Position numbers and translations under genes: made by a program. From assembly GCA_000320545.1 (NCBI GenBank), contig ADNK01002450.1, positions 23,930-87,929 of the forward strand: a DNA stretch of 64,000 nt, given 5' to 3'. The stretch is from Bigelowiella natans CCMP2755. Its lineage: Eukaryota > Protista > Cercozoa. Positions 14,791 to 28,014 of this stretch are shown here, in pieces. The notes beneath the pieces were generated by a model. That model did no database searches, was not told where the DNA came from, and saw nothing but the letters and a program-made list of their open reading frames with translations. Position 1 is the first letter of the stretch; every line of letters begins with the position of its first letter.

Positions 14791-15323
14791 TAAGCTGCGT
14801 GCAAGCTTAATGATCGCACGACGCAAATATTACGCCAGACGACGGTAATCTATGGCAAGCCTTCGTTACAATTTTTTTTTCACACAGTGCCAAACGTAAT
14901 TGTCGCATGCATGCACGCTCATTGACAACGATACAGCAGTGCTAGAGTGCAGGCACGAAAAAACTGCAGCCATGTCGTTAAGTATTCGATTCATAAAATG
15001 CAATACATTAGAATGACGTCACGCTAGTACGCGCTTCCATGATCAGCACAGCTAGACAGGCTAGCAGGGTTGCATCATGTTTGAATCCCTACATGTTTGG
15101 GCTGTCGCCGATTCTACGTCGCATGCTGAGCGTCAGTTGGCCACTACTGCGATGTAAATCTAAAATCTAAAGCTACATAGCTCTATGCAACACCATACCA
15201 GCTGACGTACGGTTGACGTCACAAATACATTTGAATACCGTGCCATTGCTAATAACATATCCCTCGTTCGCACAACCTTGTTTGCTTGTTACAATTATAG
15301 ACACAGCTAGACAGTAATGTGAC

Positions 15324-15358
<35 letters not shown>

Positions 15359-15457
15359 ATATTGCGTAGTCTATTATGATGAAGAAACGACATCTCAGTT
15401 CGCGCGGAGCATTTCAACAAATCTGGCGATGAACGCCTATCGACACGGCATCGTCGA

Positions 15458-15929
15458 TTACAGACGGGAACGATGGATTTGGCGGCTTCGGCGGCCTGCT
15501 GCATTCGCCTTGGTGGCTCTCCCCGACGATGCGTTCGGGCTCCTGAAACAAATAGTCCGGAAAGAAAAAAACTTCTAATGAGACCGAGTGGAAGATACCT
15601 CACGGGAGGATAACAGCCATTGCGTGCTGCATCAAGACCAATCGCGTTTTTTCTCGACGTTGGGAAATTGCTTGTAGGGAGAGAGGGTCTAGAGAGCCCA
15701 TCGGTGCGCAGGTAGCGTGTATGTGTGTGTGTGTGCGCGCGCGCGCGCTGTCAATATGCACACGTTCGTTATAGCTGCTTACTTCTTGCTTAGTTTCGCC
15801 AAGACTGCTCCTAGAGACTTTACAACCTAGAATCGGTTTGCATATAACAAATGAACGTGTATGGAATTGTGACAGATTGCGAGTTAGCGAATGCGCATTC
15901 TATTTCTCATTCTCTCTCTCCCCCCCCCA

Positions 15930-15963
<34 letters not shown>

Positions 15964-16782
15964 AACACTCTAAACAACAAAAAAAAAACGCATCTTGTTT
16001 TTGCATCTCCTCCTCGCCCCACACCCGCTAGGTATATGGTGACGACGCGAGCATTAACGTATGATCTCAAGACATGTGTCAGCTCAAGAGGGAGGGTCGA
16101 CAATGCAACGCTAGGCTAGCCGACCAAAGCAGTCAGTGAATTACCTTTTTTGACGATAAAACCTTCCACGTCTCCTTCGCTTCTTCAATCGCGTATGCCT
16201 TTAGTGATAGAACAACAACAACATCAGCGCAAACACGATGGGGACTTCGCAGGACGTACTAGCGGATTGAAGGCCGCTTGTTTAGAAGGAGGGGGAAGGG
16301 GGGGGGGGGTATTCAAAACGCAATTTCTCCATTTGTACAATGGTAGGATTTTAAAAATGTTAGAATGATAAATATGTTCATAATTACAAATGTTTTTTAA
16401 TAAATATCGTTAAAAGTGTCTCCTCCGCCTTAGCCAATACACTACTAGCCTATGTTTGCCATTTTTGTTTTTGGATTTCACCTCCCACGCGTCTGCAAGA
16501 TCTCCGCGCATTCGGTATTTCGTCAAGGCATATCCTCCTTTGGGCCTGCAGCGACGTTACGCCGAAAAGATGCGACGATAATGATCATATGGAAGAAGGA
16601 AGAGAGCAGCTATCAGTTTGATTGTAAGAAAGGTATTTAGGGATAAATTAGTTCCAACCCCATTCCCCCCCCCCCCCCCCCTTTGCCAGTTTAAGCTTCT
16701 ACGATTAGATAGAAATTCGTACTAGTCTATTGGGGGCTATTATACCGATATAAATATATACAAATACAGTATTTAAGTTATA

Positions 16783-16815
<33 letters not shown>

Positions 16816-17297
16816 CATCTTGATGAAGAAATTTGCTGCCCGAAAAGAGGCCACAAGCATATCCTCAATGGGAACGATCTACTCGAAAACGAGAGGAATC
16901 AGCGCGTGGGAAAAACGCTCGGCGCGGCGCTCACGTAACCAACCATGAGAAATCCAAACACACGCGACAGCAACAACTAGCTATATCCTCCTCCTTTCCG
17001 ATATGTAGTTTTTCGCATTTGAAAGGAATTTTAGGAGATATTATTCTCTGAGAAGACGGCGGCGTCTACGATGTTGATGTGTAGTTGGCATATGTGCACC
17101 TCATCGATCATGCCAACCGAGAGAGCCTCGTTACGATCCAGCATGGAAGCGTTAGTAAGATATCTGGTGGCCTTTGTACATGGAGAAAACAAACAAACAA
17201 ACACACGCAAACACAGAGCTGTCAGTTGAACTATACTCGCATTACAACATACATGCATCGACGCGCTTTCTCTTGAGCGACTAGCTTGAAAACCGAC

Positions 17298-17334
<37 letters not shown>

Positions 17335-17844
17335 ATATATACATATTAGTCTACGAGCGGCATTGCTCCTTGAGCTGTGTGTCGTGAGAGTATGCATCGA
17401 TGTTGTATAAATACAGTTGAAACAGCTATGTGACATATACGTCTCTGCTAATATGATAGCATCTACACCTTTCCGTGGCCAATCAGCCTCTCCATCACTT
17501 TGCACTAACATGGATATCATTGAAATATGAGCTCAACCTATTCCCCCCCGCCCCCCTCCCCCCTCCCCCACCTAGATTAGGAAATGAACGAAAGAATGAT
17601 TCAGCGGGTGATTTCTCACGTGGCCCCAGCTTTCCCCCCCATTACTCTACGCAAAACGATGATGATGATGATGATGACGATGATGATGATGATCGTCACT
17701 ACCCAATAGAGGGGGGGGGAGATTCCTAATGCAACCTGTTCAGGACAAAGAAATGCCATCACACAGGCAGATCGACAAGCATACGTCGTGTGAAATCAGT
17801 GTCTGCAAACAGCACGATTGCTAGGGACGCACGTGCGCGATTGC

Positions 17845-17878
<34 letters not shown>

Positions 17879-18329
17879 CTCCTTGCGATTAACAAGCATT
17901 GGGTTCGGGCCCCCTTGATAACGTCATCGTGTGCGTGTTACATCAACCCATCCATGCAAACGACCTCGTTCAGGCCGATTTTGGACGAATGCACATCGGC
18001 CATAATTCGATAGTCACAGCACAACGCCAAGATGCACCTGATGCATCATGGGGTGGGGGGTGGGTAGGATTACCATTGAAAAAGCGAATGATTTCGTCAT
18101 CTGTGATGGTACAGCTCGGGTGTCTTTATTATAATGCAATAATTTTCTGCTATTTTTGTTATCGTATATGTAGTAGGTGATGATTAGCTAACCGACCCTC
18201 CAGCAGGGCAAGCTCCTCGTACACAGGCAATAGTAGCCTAAGGTTCAGCATCAAGAATAACGGGAAAAACTAATGAAATTATACAAAGTAATATAATGTA
18301 TATATATATAATATATATATTTTATGTAT

Positions 18330-18369
<40 letters not shown>

Positions 18370-18427
18370 ATATATACATCAGCATGCACATTTACGGTGC
18401 AAATACAGGTACTCAAAATATATACTC

Positions 18428-18466
<39 letters not shown>

Positions 18467-19438
18467 TCCAATGTATACATCTATATCTAATAATCGCAGA
18501 ATAGCGTTGATTGACGATAGTGAATGAACACGAAGGATGCTCTATTCACGCACCAATGGGGACTTGTATCTGAAGTACAGTAAAAATAAACAAATCAACT
18601 GAAATATTCACTAAAAACTGGTTGCACATACAGTGGGTTCATCATGAAGGAAAAGATGAAGTTAAAGCATGATTGATGCAAACAACTCTACAACAATGCT
18701 TTGCGGCGATAGTGGAGAACAAACGATGCACGTTTCCTAGCCTACAAGATTATAGATAATCTCTCCCTTTCTCGTATCACTCGTTATTACTGCAATTGCA
18801 TTCAATATGATGGTGGGAGGGAAAGCTCACAGGCGAGAGAGAAACGTCGTTTGGGCAATCCAGAACTTTTGATGCCTTTCCTAATTATGGTGTATGAAGA
18901 AAGGACAAGAGGGTCTCGTTGATCTTCGGTTGAGACGACAACTTTCTTTTCCCGTTCGAATGCGCCCAATCCCTACACCTTTGATGTCATCGGCGCATAA
19001 AGCTCCCGAATGTCGTTTCCTAATTCATTTTGGAGAAAAATCGATGTATTAATTACATTGACGTTAAATAAAGAGCAGCAGCTTCAGTAAAATAGCACCA
19101 ATTATCACGGCGGAAAGTACAAACGCTGTGTTTCTCTATGACTGTGTCTCTCAATATTCGCATGAATCGTTGCGAAATTACCAGCCGTGAAGACATTTCT
19201 TCGCAGTCCGGACTATATACATCAAAGAAATGGAGTGTTATTTTGAATTTAACAACACATTTGTATTCGATCGATTATATCCTGCGACAGAGAGAGAGAG
19301 AGAGCAAGGAGCTGCATTTCGGGATTTTTTTCTTTAATAAAATATTATACCGACATTTTTCTAACTACGCATTGCGTTCGTGCGTATTGTATTTGCCATG
19401 CAAGTAGACTTTTTAGAACACACGCACGCACACACACA

Positions 19439-19480
<42 letters not shown>

Positions 19481-20019
19481 GCATCTGATTGATATGCGTG
19501 CTAGGATAATTTCGCATGGAAATTAGTTGTTCAACCATATATATGAGAGAACGGACGCCTTTGGTAGCTTCTAACTCGTTCAGATTGGCAAGAAGCGCAG
19601 ACCAGAATCCCAAATTCATTGAATTTACTGGTTCGCGCTGAGAAGGTGAAAGTCGGTTTCGAAGTGATTGATTCGTTCGGAAGAAAATAAAAACAAAAGG
19701 GAATAAATCCTCTTCAACGCAACTGCAATATGTCTTTCATAATGAAACGGAAAACAAAGCGACCACAGTCTCTATATACTGTGTCGATAAACTAGCTTGC
19801 TAGAGAGTACCTTCATGACCACGATTGCGACCGTACCATCGATCTTTACCTCTAGGAACTTTGATTCTTCTCATATGAAACAATCAAAAAATCGATCAGT
19901 TCCATTTTCTTACTAAATTCATCCTATCGTTCTCTGCCCTTCCCCACTATGCCTAGTTAGCCTGAGTTTTAAATCCTTTTATCGGCAAAAGAATCTATCT
20001 TACCCGAGCTGGCAGCCAT
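15458..20019 (-). CDS. ECI1: Delta3,delta2-enoyl-CoA isomerase (crotonase family, ECI1-like); spliced form ends in PTS1 -SRL, unspliced form stops at 15779
   Basis: Many small exons: MAASSG|VKIDGTVAIVVMK|REPVNSMNLGFW...|SGLRRNVFTAG|DIRELYAPMTSK|ERHQKFWIAQTTFLSRL|YKSPL|ATIACVRGACPAGG|ALCCDYRIMADVHSSKIGLNE|VALGISPPLYW|CKVMERLIGHGK|...EALSVGMIDE...|VVKSLGAVLAKLSK. GACPAGG, CDYR and IGLNE are ECI1 hallmarks. Confidence 0.9.
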
Positions 20020-20721
20020 CTTCAAGGTGGATGTTTTTAAGACTTATGTTAAAGACAACTTGAAGGCACGAATGTTCATTTCAAAGGAGGAAAATCATAA
20101 ACTATTCAATTTTTGCAATTTATTTAAAGACAAACTCCCACCGTTTCGAAGATATTATTTGGTAAAAGCGTGAGAATTTTCTCCAAATAACTTTAAGGAA
20201 TCCGAGAAGTGTGAAATTTGACACTTCGAAATTGCAAGTTGAAGTGCAATAATAATATCTGTGGCAATGCATATTTCAGCCTGCGACTGCGCCTTTCGTG
20301 GCTATTCCCTCGTGCACGTCCTCACTTTCTGCCAAGTTAGGGTGGGTACCGAAAGTGTGACTACCGAAGCATATCCGAGAATGTTAAACAAATTTTTCTT
20401 GGTTTTTATCGGGAGACAATAAATTTCCAGCGAAAAAGTGATAAAGTTCGAACTAAAGTTCTGTGGGGAATCCTTAAAAGCGACAATCTTCAGAACTGTA
20501 TAGAGACATATCGCATGAATTTCGTATCTACGACAACAAGTTGAAGATCAATTTGAAGTAAAAAACCCCTGTGTTTTGGACAACCCAGCGCCGTTGTGTG
20601 GTGTGAATGACGCCTCTGGCTGACAGGGAGAGTTGTTAGGGGCGGAGAGCTACTGAGAGAGTGCATTCTATATAGGTGGTGGGGTGATGTGACTTGCATG
20701 TTACTTCTAAACAGGGCAGGG
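20020..20721. promoter_or_regulatory. Putative bidirectional promoter ECI1/ADO
   Basis: Short, microsatellite-free spacer between divergent starts; AT-rich first half with an imperfect 22-bp palindrome at 20206-20227. Confidence 0.45.
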
Positions 20722-21125
20722 ATGCAAACCATGCCTTGCGCCGAGGCCGGCGAGGAAGTGGTGAAAAGTGACTCTACTTCACAGCTAGACCGTGTCTTTC
20801 GATATGCCTACCGCAACAAAGACAAGCTTGCTCCTGGGTAAATACACGGATTTCGCACAAACTGTTCCATATCCATGCCCTCGATAGTCGGTCTTGCATG
20901 ATTTGGAAGCGCGTGTCCACACTACGGTGCTAACATTGTAAACATCTGCACGGCTACTCGTCTTATAATAGATCCAAAGAGATGACACAGCTCTCTAAGT
21001 TGATGGAAGGCTTGAAGCCACTTGATTTCGGGCTTGAGGGTAGGAATTGCCATATAAGTACAAAGTGAAACAGAGAACTACGGAAACGCATAAAATTATT
21101 ATGTTTATTTCTGATGGCATGTATT

Positions 21126-21161
<36 letters not shown>

Positions 21162-23568
21162 GTATACACGACGCTTTTCAGATCCAACATCGACGCCTCG
21201 TTCTACCAAAGCAACGACTGAATGCTCGCAGAGGTAGTTACAGCACATCCGCTATGCATCGTCTTACTGCTGTCGCTAGGTCGTCAATAAAAGCCCCACC
21301 AAACCACGACTGCCTTTTCTCTCCCAGGGTTGAGTTCAAACAGAACATGGGGAAAAGAAGGAATAGTCAAGGAACTATTCGCGAAGCAACGAGTAAGTCC
21401 CGCGAGACTGCATCATCTTTATTTTACTTTCCAAGGGATTCGGCTATGATAGAGAAAAAACCCCGCCGTGGTGTTATTCAAAAGAACTATACTTACCTAT
21501 CATCCACGCACGTTGTTACACCTGCTGCGAGCATTGCTATTCTGGTGTCTCCCTCGTCTCTTTCCCCCGCCAACAACATCGTCATTACAGAGCTGCTACA
21601 GCCCCCTCCGCATTAATCCTCACGGCAATAAATAATAGGACATACAAAGCCATTCTCAGCTGGTTGCAAGCATATGCAGCCTCTGGACGCTAGGGAAGGG
21701 AAGGTCTTGCTACTTTCTCGCCACAGTTGCAGAACAGAAACTTGCAAGTTGCGAGAACGATCCCTGCCTCACCGCTGCATTTGGTCGTGTGCCTTTATTT
21801 TCTGTACAGAAAGCGTTAGAACCCTATATAGGGTGCCGCACGGTGTATGGAGATAAGGACCTCGTAATGGCAGTCTTCTTACTGCCAAAAGGTATTTATT
21901 ATCATGCGGTCAAGCTGCATGCAGCACAAGGGGCCAAGGGGGTTTTGTTATTCATTGGTGAGGGGCACTGAAACACAGCATTGTGCGATTGTCCTTCGCT
22001 GAAATCAATACCAATGAGGCACTGAAAGACAGCATTGTGCGATTGTCCTTCACTGGAATCAATGCTCACGAAGTCTTTTATATCAGGGGTAGCAATGCCC
22101 CTCCATGATCATCCTGGAATGACCGTAGCGTCGAAGCTGCTCTATGGAATGGTGGAGGTGGAGGAGTACGACTGGGTATTACTGCGCCTGAAATCATATG
22201 TTTTCACCTGCATAAATGCGACCAATGATGCCGATGAAGGTTAGGAGTCGATGATGAGGCTGCTCGTGTTTAACGAGTAGATTCCAATCATCACGCATCG
22301 CGAACATATAGTCCATCACATTGAGTCGGCAGCAAGCTGGTCGCACGCTCTTAGCGTTGCCTGCCGTTGCATCGTCGCAGGTAGACAAGCCCAAGGGATT
22401 TTGCAGAAAGTACACCGAGAAGGGAGATGCCAACGAGATGAAAGTAAACAAGGCAGCAGCACGGATATTTAACAGTATCAATTTAATTCAGTATCTACCA
22501 GTCACGAAAGGAAAGACACCTGACTCGCGATTGTCCATGCTCATTGCTGCGCTCGAATTGTCCATATCTAGAGAGCTTTGGATTACATGTGTTTATACAT
22601 ATATATATATATATATATATATATTATTATATTCGTATATTTATACGAAGGGTCATTATTTGTAGGTGCATGCCATAGGAGCCGAGTACTGCAATATACA
22701 TACGTTCAAGGTCGCACATCCCGCTCAGAACGCATGCACGTTAAATAGCTTGTAGATATTGCCAATTGCGAGTCGAAGGCCCTGCAATGGATATAGTCAG
22801 ACAAAAGCAAAGCGCTCGCAACTCCTCCTGCGACGTCATCACCCGCTCGTGGTTGAAGGGAAAATCGATGATAGCGGGGTTTCTAATAATACGTTCAGCT
22901 CCTTTTACACGTTGATTTACTGTTTGTCGTAACATAACGCTACCGTTTATGGCCACCATCACCATCGTCACTAAAGAGTCCTCCTGCATCAAGCTGATAA
23001 GTGTACTCGTCTTCAGGCGATAACAAATTCGGCGATTTTAGACATCATAACACCGCCTTACGACCCCAAAACGCGCTCTCCCAACTTCTACAACCCAACT
23101 CTGCTCGAAAATGGTGATCAGTCTCTTCGTCGTCTTTGTCGTTAGTTTTGCTTCGCTTCATCACCCGAACCCTTACATCGGGGGGGGGGGGAATACAAAT
23201 GAGGTTGCACCGGGGAGCGTCTTGCCGCGGTGGGATGTTTTCATCGTGAGAGGAATATGCTACGAATCCGTGTTGTTGTTTGTGTTGGCAAAGATGCCAA
23301 ACGTTGATTCGTGGGCTGTTCGCATTGATCCCGCGTCGTTGGTGGTAGGCCTGTATATGATGGAGAAGTACATGCCGAGTGAGTTTAGATGTTTCGAGGA
23401 GCCTTATCACGGTAAGTAGCTGCGACGTACGTACTACTCACATTCCAAGGATTAATGGTTTTTTTTTATGAATTTTGACTTGTTGGTGAAGGCCGACATT
23501 CGAGCACATTTATGGTTTTCTTTTGCGAAATTCGGAAACGCCGCGTATGACCACACACACACACAGAT

Positions 23569-23624
<56 letters not shown>

Positions 23625-23791
23625 ATATATAAAAGCATGAACAATCAACAATATTTCAAGGGCCAAAAGTGAATATCCCTAATGATCTACTGAGAAACGA
23701 GGGTTCTGAAATGCAGGTCATTTGGCAATGCTTGCGCGTGTATAATATCTGTATCATATACACAAACACACGCACACATAAATATATACAC

Positions 23792-23829
<38 letters not shown>

Positions 23830-24037
23830 TTATACATACGTGTGCGCGCGCGCGCGTGTGTGTGTGTGTGTGTATTTCTTTACCTTTTCACATGTACCCC
23901 CCCGCCACGAACGAGTTTTCCCATCATGCATTATCTTATGGAAGATAAAACATTATGATTTTGGCAGATGGAGAAGTAATATTTCCGCATTCAAAGTACT
24001 TATAGCTATACAGACCCAGCTCGAGAGAAAAGCATGA
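20722..24037 (+). CDS. ADO: 2-aminoethanethiol dioxygenase / plant cysteine oxidase family (PCO_ADO cupin)
   Basis: Exons encode [15 protein letters not shown] (~20990), MAVFLLPKG|[26 protein letters not shown] (21870-22175), CNIHTFK|[17 protein letters not shown] (22690-23070), FRCFEEPYH|GPKV (23385-23675). The three-His iron site (HDH + NIH) is present. Exact start and last exon uncertain (stop at 23979 or 24037). Confidence 0.88.
21964..22063. repeat. 54-bp-period imperfect tandem duplication in an ADO intron
   Basis: ggcactgaaa(c/g)acagcattgtgcgattgtccttc(g/a)ctg(a/g)aatcaat occurs at 21964 and 22018. Confidence 0.9.
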
Positions 24038-24946
24038 TACGAATCTACACAGTAATTTCAGGCCATGTTTGCATCACCTCTTTCGATGGTTGACAGCGCA
24101 TTGATACATTAAACAAAGTTTGACGAACTAAAATTTCCGGACAGCAGTCTCGATCGTATTGATGCTACTTAGACTACACATTCCTACATATTTGTTCTGC
24201 CCACGTCGTTCAACAAAGCTGCGTGAATATACTTATTTGCACTTACGACGCGCCACATAACTTGTGTATCGGACGCGAGAAACCATGCTGGCATGCTCAT
24301 GTGGTTTGGATCTGGCGATTTAGCTAGATTAGCGACGGCGGCAACCTTGAGTCACGCAACGTACTAGTGATAGTCTAGCTTTTTGTGAAGCACATGCTGA
24401 TGCATTTTCCACAAGTAATGCTACTGTGTAAAGGCTAGAATGGCTGCGCGCGCTCACTACTAGCCTAGTAGTGTCGCCTACAACATGAATGCTCTTCGCT
24501 ACCTAGCTACTGACCAGCGCAGCAAAACAAACAAACTGTGAACAATCAGAATCCCACGAAGCTAGAACCTAGACACTGCCTGCTAGCCAGGGCTACATAG
24601 CATGCACATGATGGACACCATAAGACATTCGGGCACGCAGCACGTACAGCGTACAGCGTCGTCATGCGACGCGTAGCGTAGACGCAATGTGTGACAAGTT
24701 TTTGTTTGCAAGCTATAGCAAGATGCCAGCTCACACCTAGCTTAGGTAGACCCTAATAAGCGTGCGCAGTGCCAAAGTGGCGCGTTTTACGTGCAACACA
24801 CCGGCCGGGTGATTGCTGACAAATGGGATCTCTAGCTAGCAGATCTCACGCGCGACCTATACCTACGACAATCCCTAGCTACCCTATTTACATCTTTTAA
24901 TAATGGTGCCAATATTAATGTACATACCAGGCTTATTGCGTAGCTT

Positions 24947-26449
24947 TTAGATGCGCATCCTAGGGAGACGGCGGGACTCTTGCGAAGGTGACGGAGACGA
25001 TGAGGACGAGGGGGGCGGTGAAGATTGCGAGATTATGCTGGGCGTCTGCCTTCGAGCTGCCCTGTGACGTTTATCTTTTTTCTTGCTCCTAGAGGTCTGC
25101 TTTACTCTCTTTTGGTCTCCAGTCCTCAACCTGGCTACTGCCGATGAAATCGAGCGCTTCGATTTGTAGCTTGGGCGAGATTTCCGTTGTATTCTGTCGT
25201 TGTCTACTGCTGGCAGCTCTATAGCGCCGAATATCGGCTGTTCTGGAGAGTCGCTACTAATCTTTTGGCCATTCCCAACTCTCACTGCTATTGGCTTCCT
25301 GTACCTTAGAGAGCGTCTCTCCTGAGTTGGAAACCGCGGCGAAGAGGTGTTTCCGGCACGCAAGAGCTCAGGCTCAAACGTGGACTTGACAGAAGGTTTT
25401 TCACTTCGTACGGGGCTAGAGTCTCTGGATACTCTGGGACTTGGAGGGCCCATGCTTACCATACGCGCTGATGCTTCCTCTCGTTGCTTCGATTTCCGTG
25501 CATTCTCAGCACCTAGTGCCGAGAGATATATGGACCTTCGAGTGCTTGAAACCCTCCCAGATGACGCCTATTGTTCAAACAGCGGAACCCATTCAAACAT
25601 TCATTGGAGGAGGCGCGCCTTGTCAGTATGTTATCATGAATATATATCTACAAAACGAACTCTGTTTGGTTTCAATAAGATCGAGGTATTATCTTCACGT
25701 AGAGACTTACATGGCGAGGAGGGGTTTCACGCAGAGTCTTACATGGCGAGGAGGGGGGGAGGGCGAAGGGGGGGGGGATGGGAGATTCGCATGTGCGTCT
25801 ATGCAGCAAAAAAATAACAACTATTAAAGAGAGCATACAGTGGCCCCCATCCGCTTCGATTGTCGCATCCATTTCGCTCCAAGACCTCGAGACGACTCTG
25901 AGACCGATAACCAGCTTTAGCCATCGTTGCATAACAGAATACATGCTACTACTACTACTACTAGCACACGCGCAAAGAGGCCCGCACATGCGAGATACAC
26001 AACGATAACATAGCGAGGCCGGCTTATGGAGAATTAGCATCCTCGTCACATTAGCACAGAAGACCCCTGCACGATTCAAGATCGCTTTTCACCATTACTG
26101 AGCGACTTGGTTTTTAAAAAAATAATAAAAAAAGCACACGTTTCTCCCACCTTGGCTAAACTGAGACGTGTTTGGCTGCTGCAAGATTGTCCCTGAAACT
26201 ATGGGAAGTGCAGAAGCTCGACGTCCAGACGGTGTTTTCCTGGCGATAAAGTACAAAATGCACTTTATGTATACGCGACGATTTGAAGGGCACTTATTGT
26301 CGTTGGGGGGTAAAAAGCAGAAAATAGAAGATTTTGCTGCCTAGAAAGCTAAATACTAGGGCTTTTGGCTTTAGGTATATTCTTACGAATGCGAACGAAT
26401 ACGTACAACCCCCTCCCTCCAACGAAAGCACACACACACACACATACAA

Positions 26450-26490
<41 letters not shown>

Positions 26491-27971
26491 CATAGTTGCT
26501 GTATAGACGTAATGCACACATGATAAACATATGACAAATAGCAAGCTCTATCAATCGCAGCATCCGTTCTTATCATTTCCCTGATCTAAACACACGCACC
26601 TTTCATCCATATTCGTTATTACGCCGCAGACGGGAGGCCTATGAACAGATACGAGGAGAATCATCTTTTAAACAACACGTAGTCACCAAAATCGGGGAAC
26701 TTAACCTATAGTATAAGGCTGCTGAAGCTGAACATCGTACATGCTATTCTTGACAACTAACCGACTAGAGATATCCACACTTTCTCCTGCTCTTACTCTC
26801 TTCGCCATACCGTACACACGACTATGGCTCTCAACCGCATTTGCAATGTTTCTTGTTTTCCCCGATGCCCACTGCCAATTTCCACCCCATAGACGCAATG
26901 GCACAACAGACGCATTTGCCTCTTATCCCACAACACATCGTCCCACAAACTGCAGTGCATGAGCAGTAACCCTACCCGATAGAGAGCGCTGAAGAAAGAG
27001 GCGCATTTGAAGTGGCGGCAAAGGAGGCCATCAACCTCGGACTTTCAATAGAGGAATTTCGTCGAGATCCCATTGCATCACCACCTATGCTTTCAACTCG
27101 AAGCGACCGTGTATTGGCTCTTAGGGATGGTTGCGTCTCTAGAGCTTTCACGCTAGTTGGATCACCTAAGCTCCTATGTGACAGCAGCGGGGAATTTCTT
27201 GGTGATGGCGTCGGGGTAAATCTGATGAAATAAAACGATTATTTGGGTCGTTGCTTCATCCTCAGGTAGTGCTGGTGTTTAAAGATTAATCAAGACTATG
27301 CCTATTCTTAATTGGCAATGCTTGGGCAACGATATCTCAACGAGTATAGCGGGGCAAAATTAACAAAGATTTGAGGGGTAGTCGGAGGTGCTACCTAGAC
27401 AAGTATTGCTCGGTCGCCAATCGAAGCGATCGAACGGAATCTGACTTCATATTGCGCTTAGTCTCTGCGTCAACCGTGAAGCCTGGCATTTTACCCAAAA
27501 AAGAACGCTATTACTTCCGCTGCGTAACAGGAGTGACGAGCTGAATGATGTATTGCTAACGAATGTCCAAAGGGGGGGGGCGGATCTCCTGATGGTCAGT
27601 GTTTTCGTAGTAGAAGTACCGATTGTGATGAAGCAGCTTGTTTTGTGGACAAACTGCAGCTCACGATCAATGTCCTCATCAGAATCCACAACCAAGTCGT
27701 TGATATCATGAATAACGAAGCCCAGCTTTACATCGTCCGCAGCCTGGGAATCTAGACAGAAGATGCAAAACACATTCCTCACTGCATGCGCGTTGAGAGC
27801 TGAATCGGATTCAAGTGCGGAATTTTGAGCTTTGTCTGAGGAGAGCACCCCCGCCTCTTCGCACCCAGAATTACTTCCGAATCGCACCTCATGGCAAGCG
27901 ATTTGGGATTGGTACACTTCGTGCTGTAAAGAATCCCCCTCTCTCTCTCCGTCGCAACGTTTACGTTCGCA

Positions 27972-28014
<43 letters not shown>

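Noticed and set aside
15595-15650. Ankyrin-like LDAARNGCYPPVRYL
   Set aside because: Single isolated motif; better explained as the 72-nt penultimate exon of ECI1.
22741-22992. 83-aa minus-strand ORF nested in an ADO intron
   Set aside because: No recognisable motif or supporting splice or promoter context; length within chance range.
25850-26790. Possible second PDZ in the receptor tail (YDVQLQQPYTIG...AKAGYRSQSRLEVLERNG)
   Set aside because: Could not join the pieces in consistent phase; the obvious splice introduces a stop.
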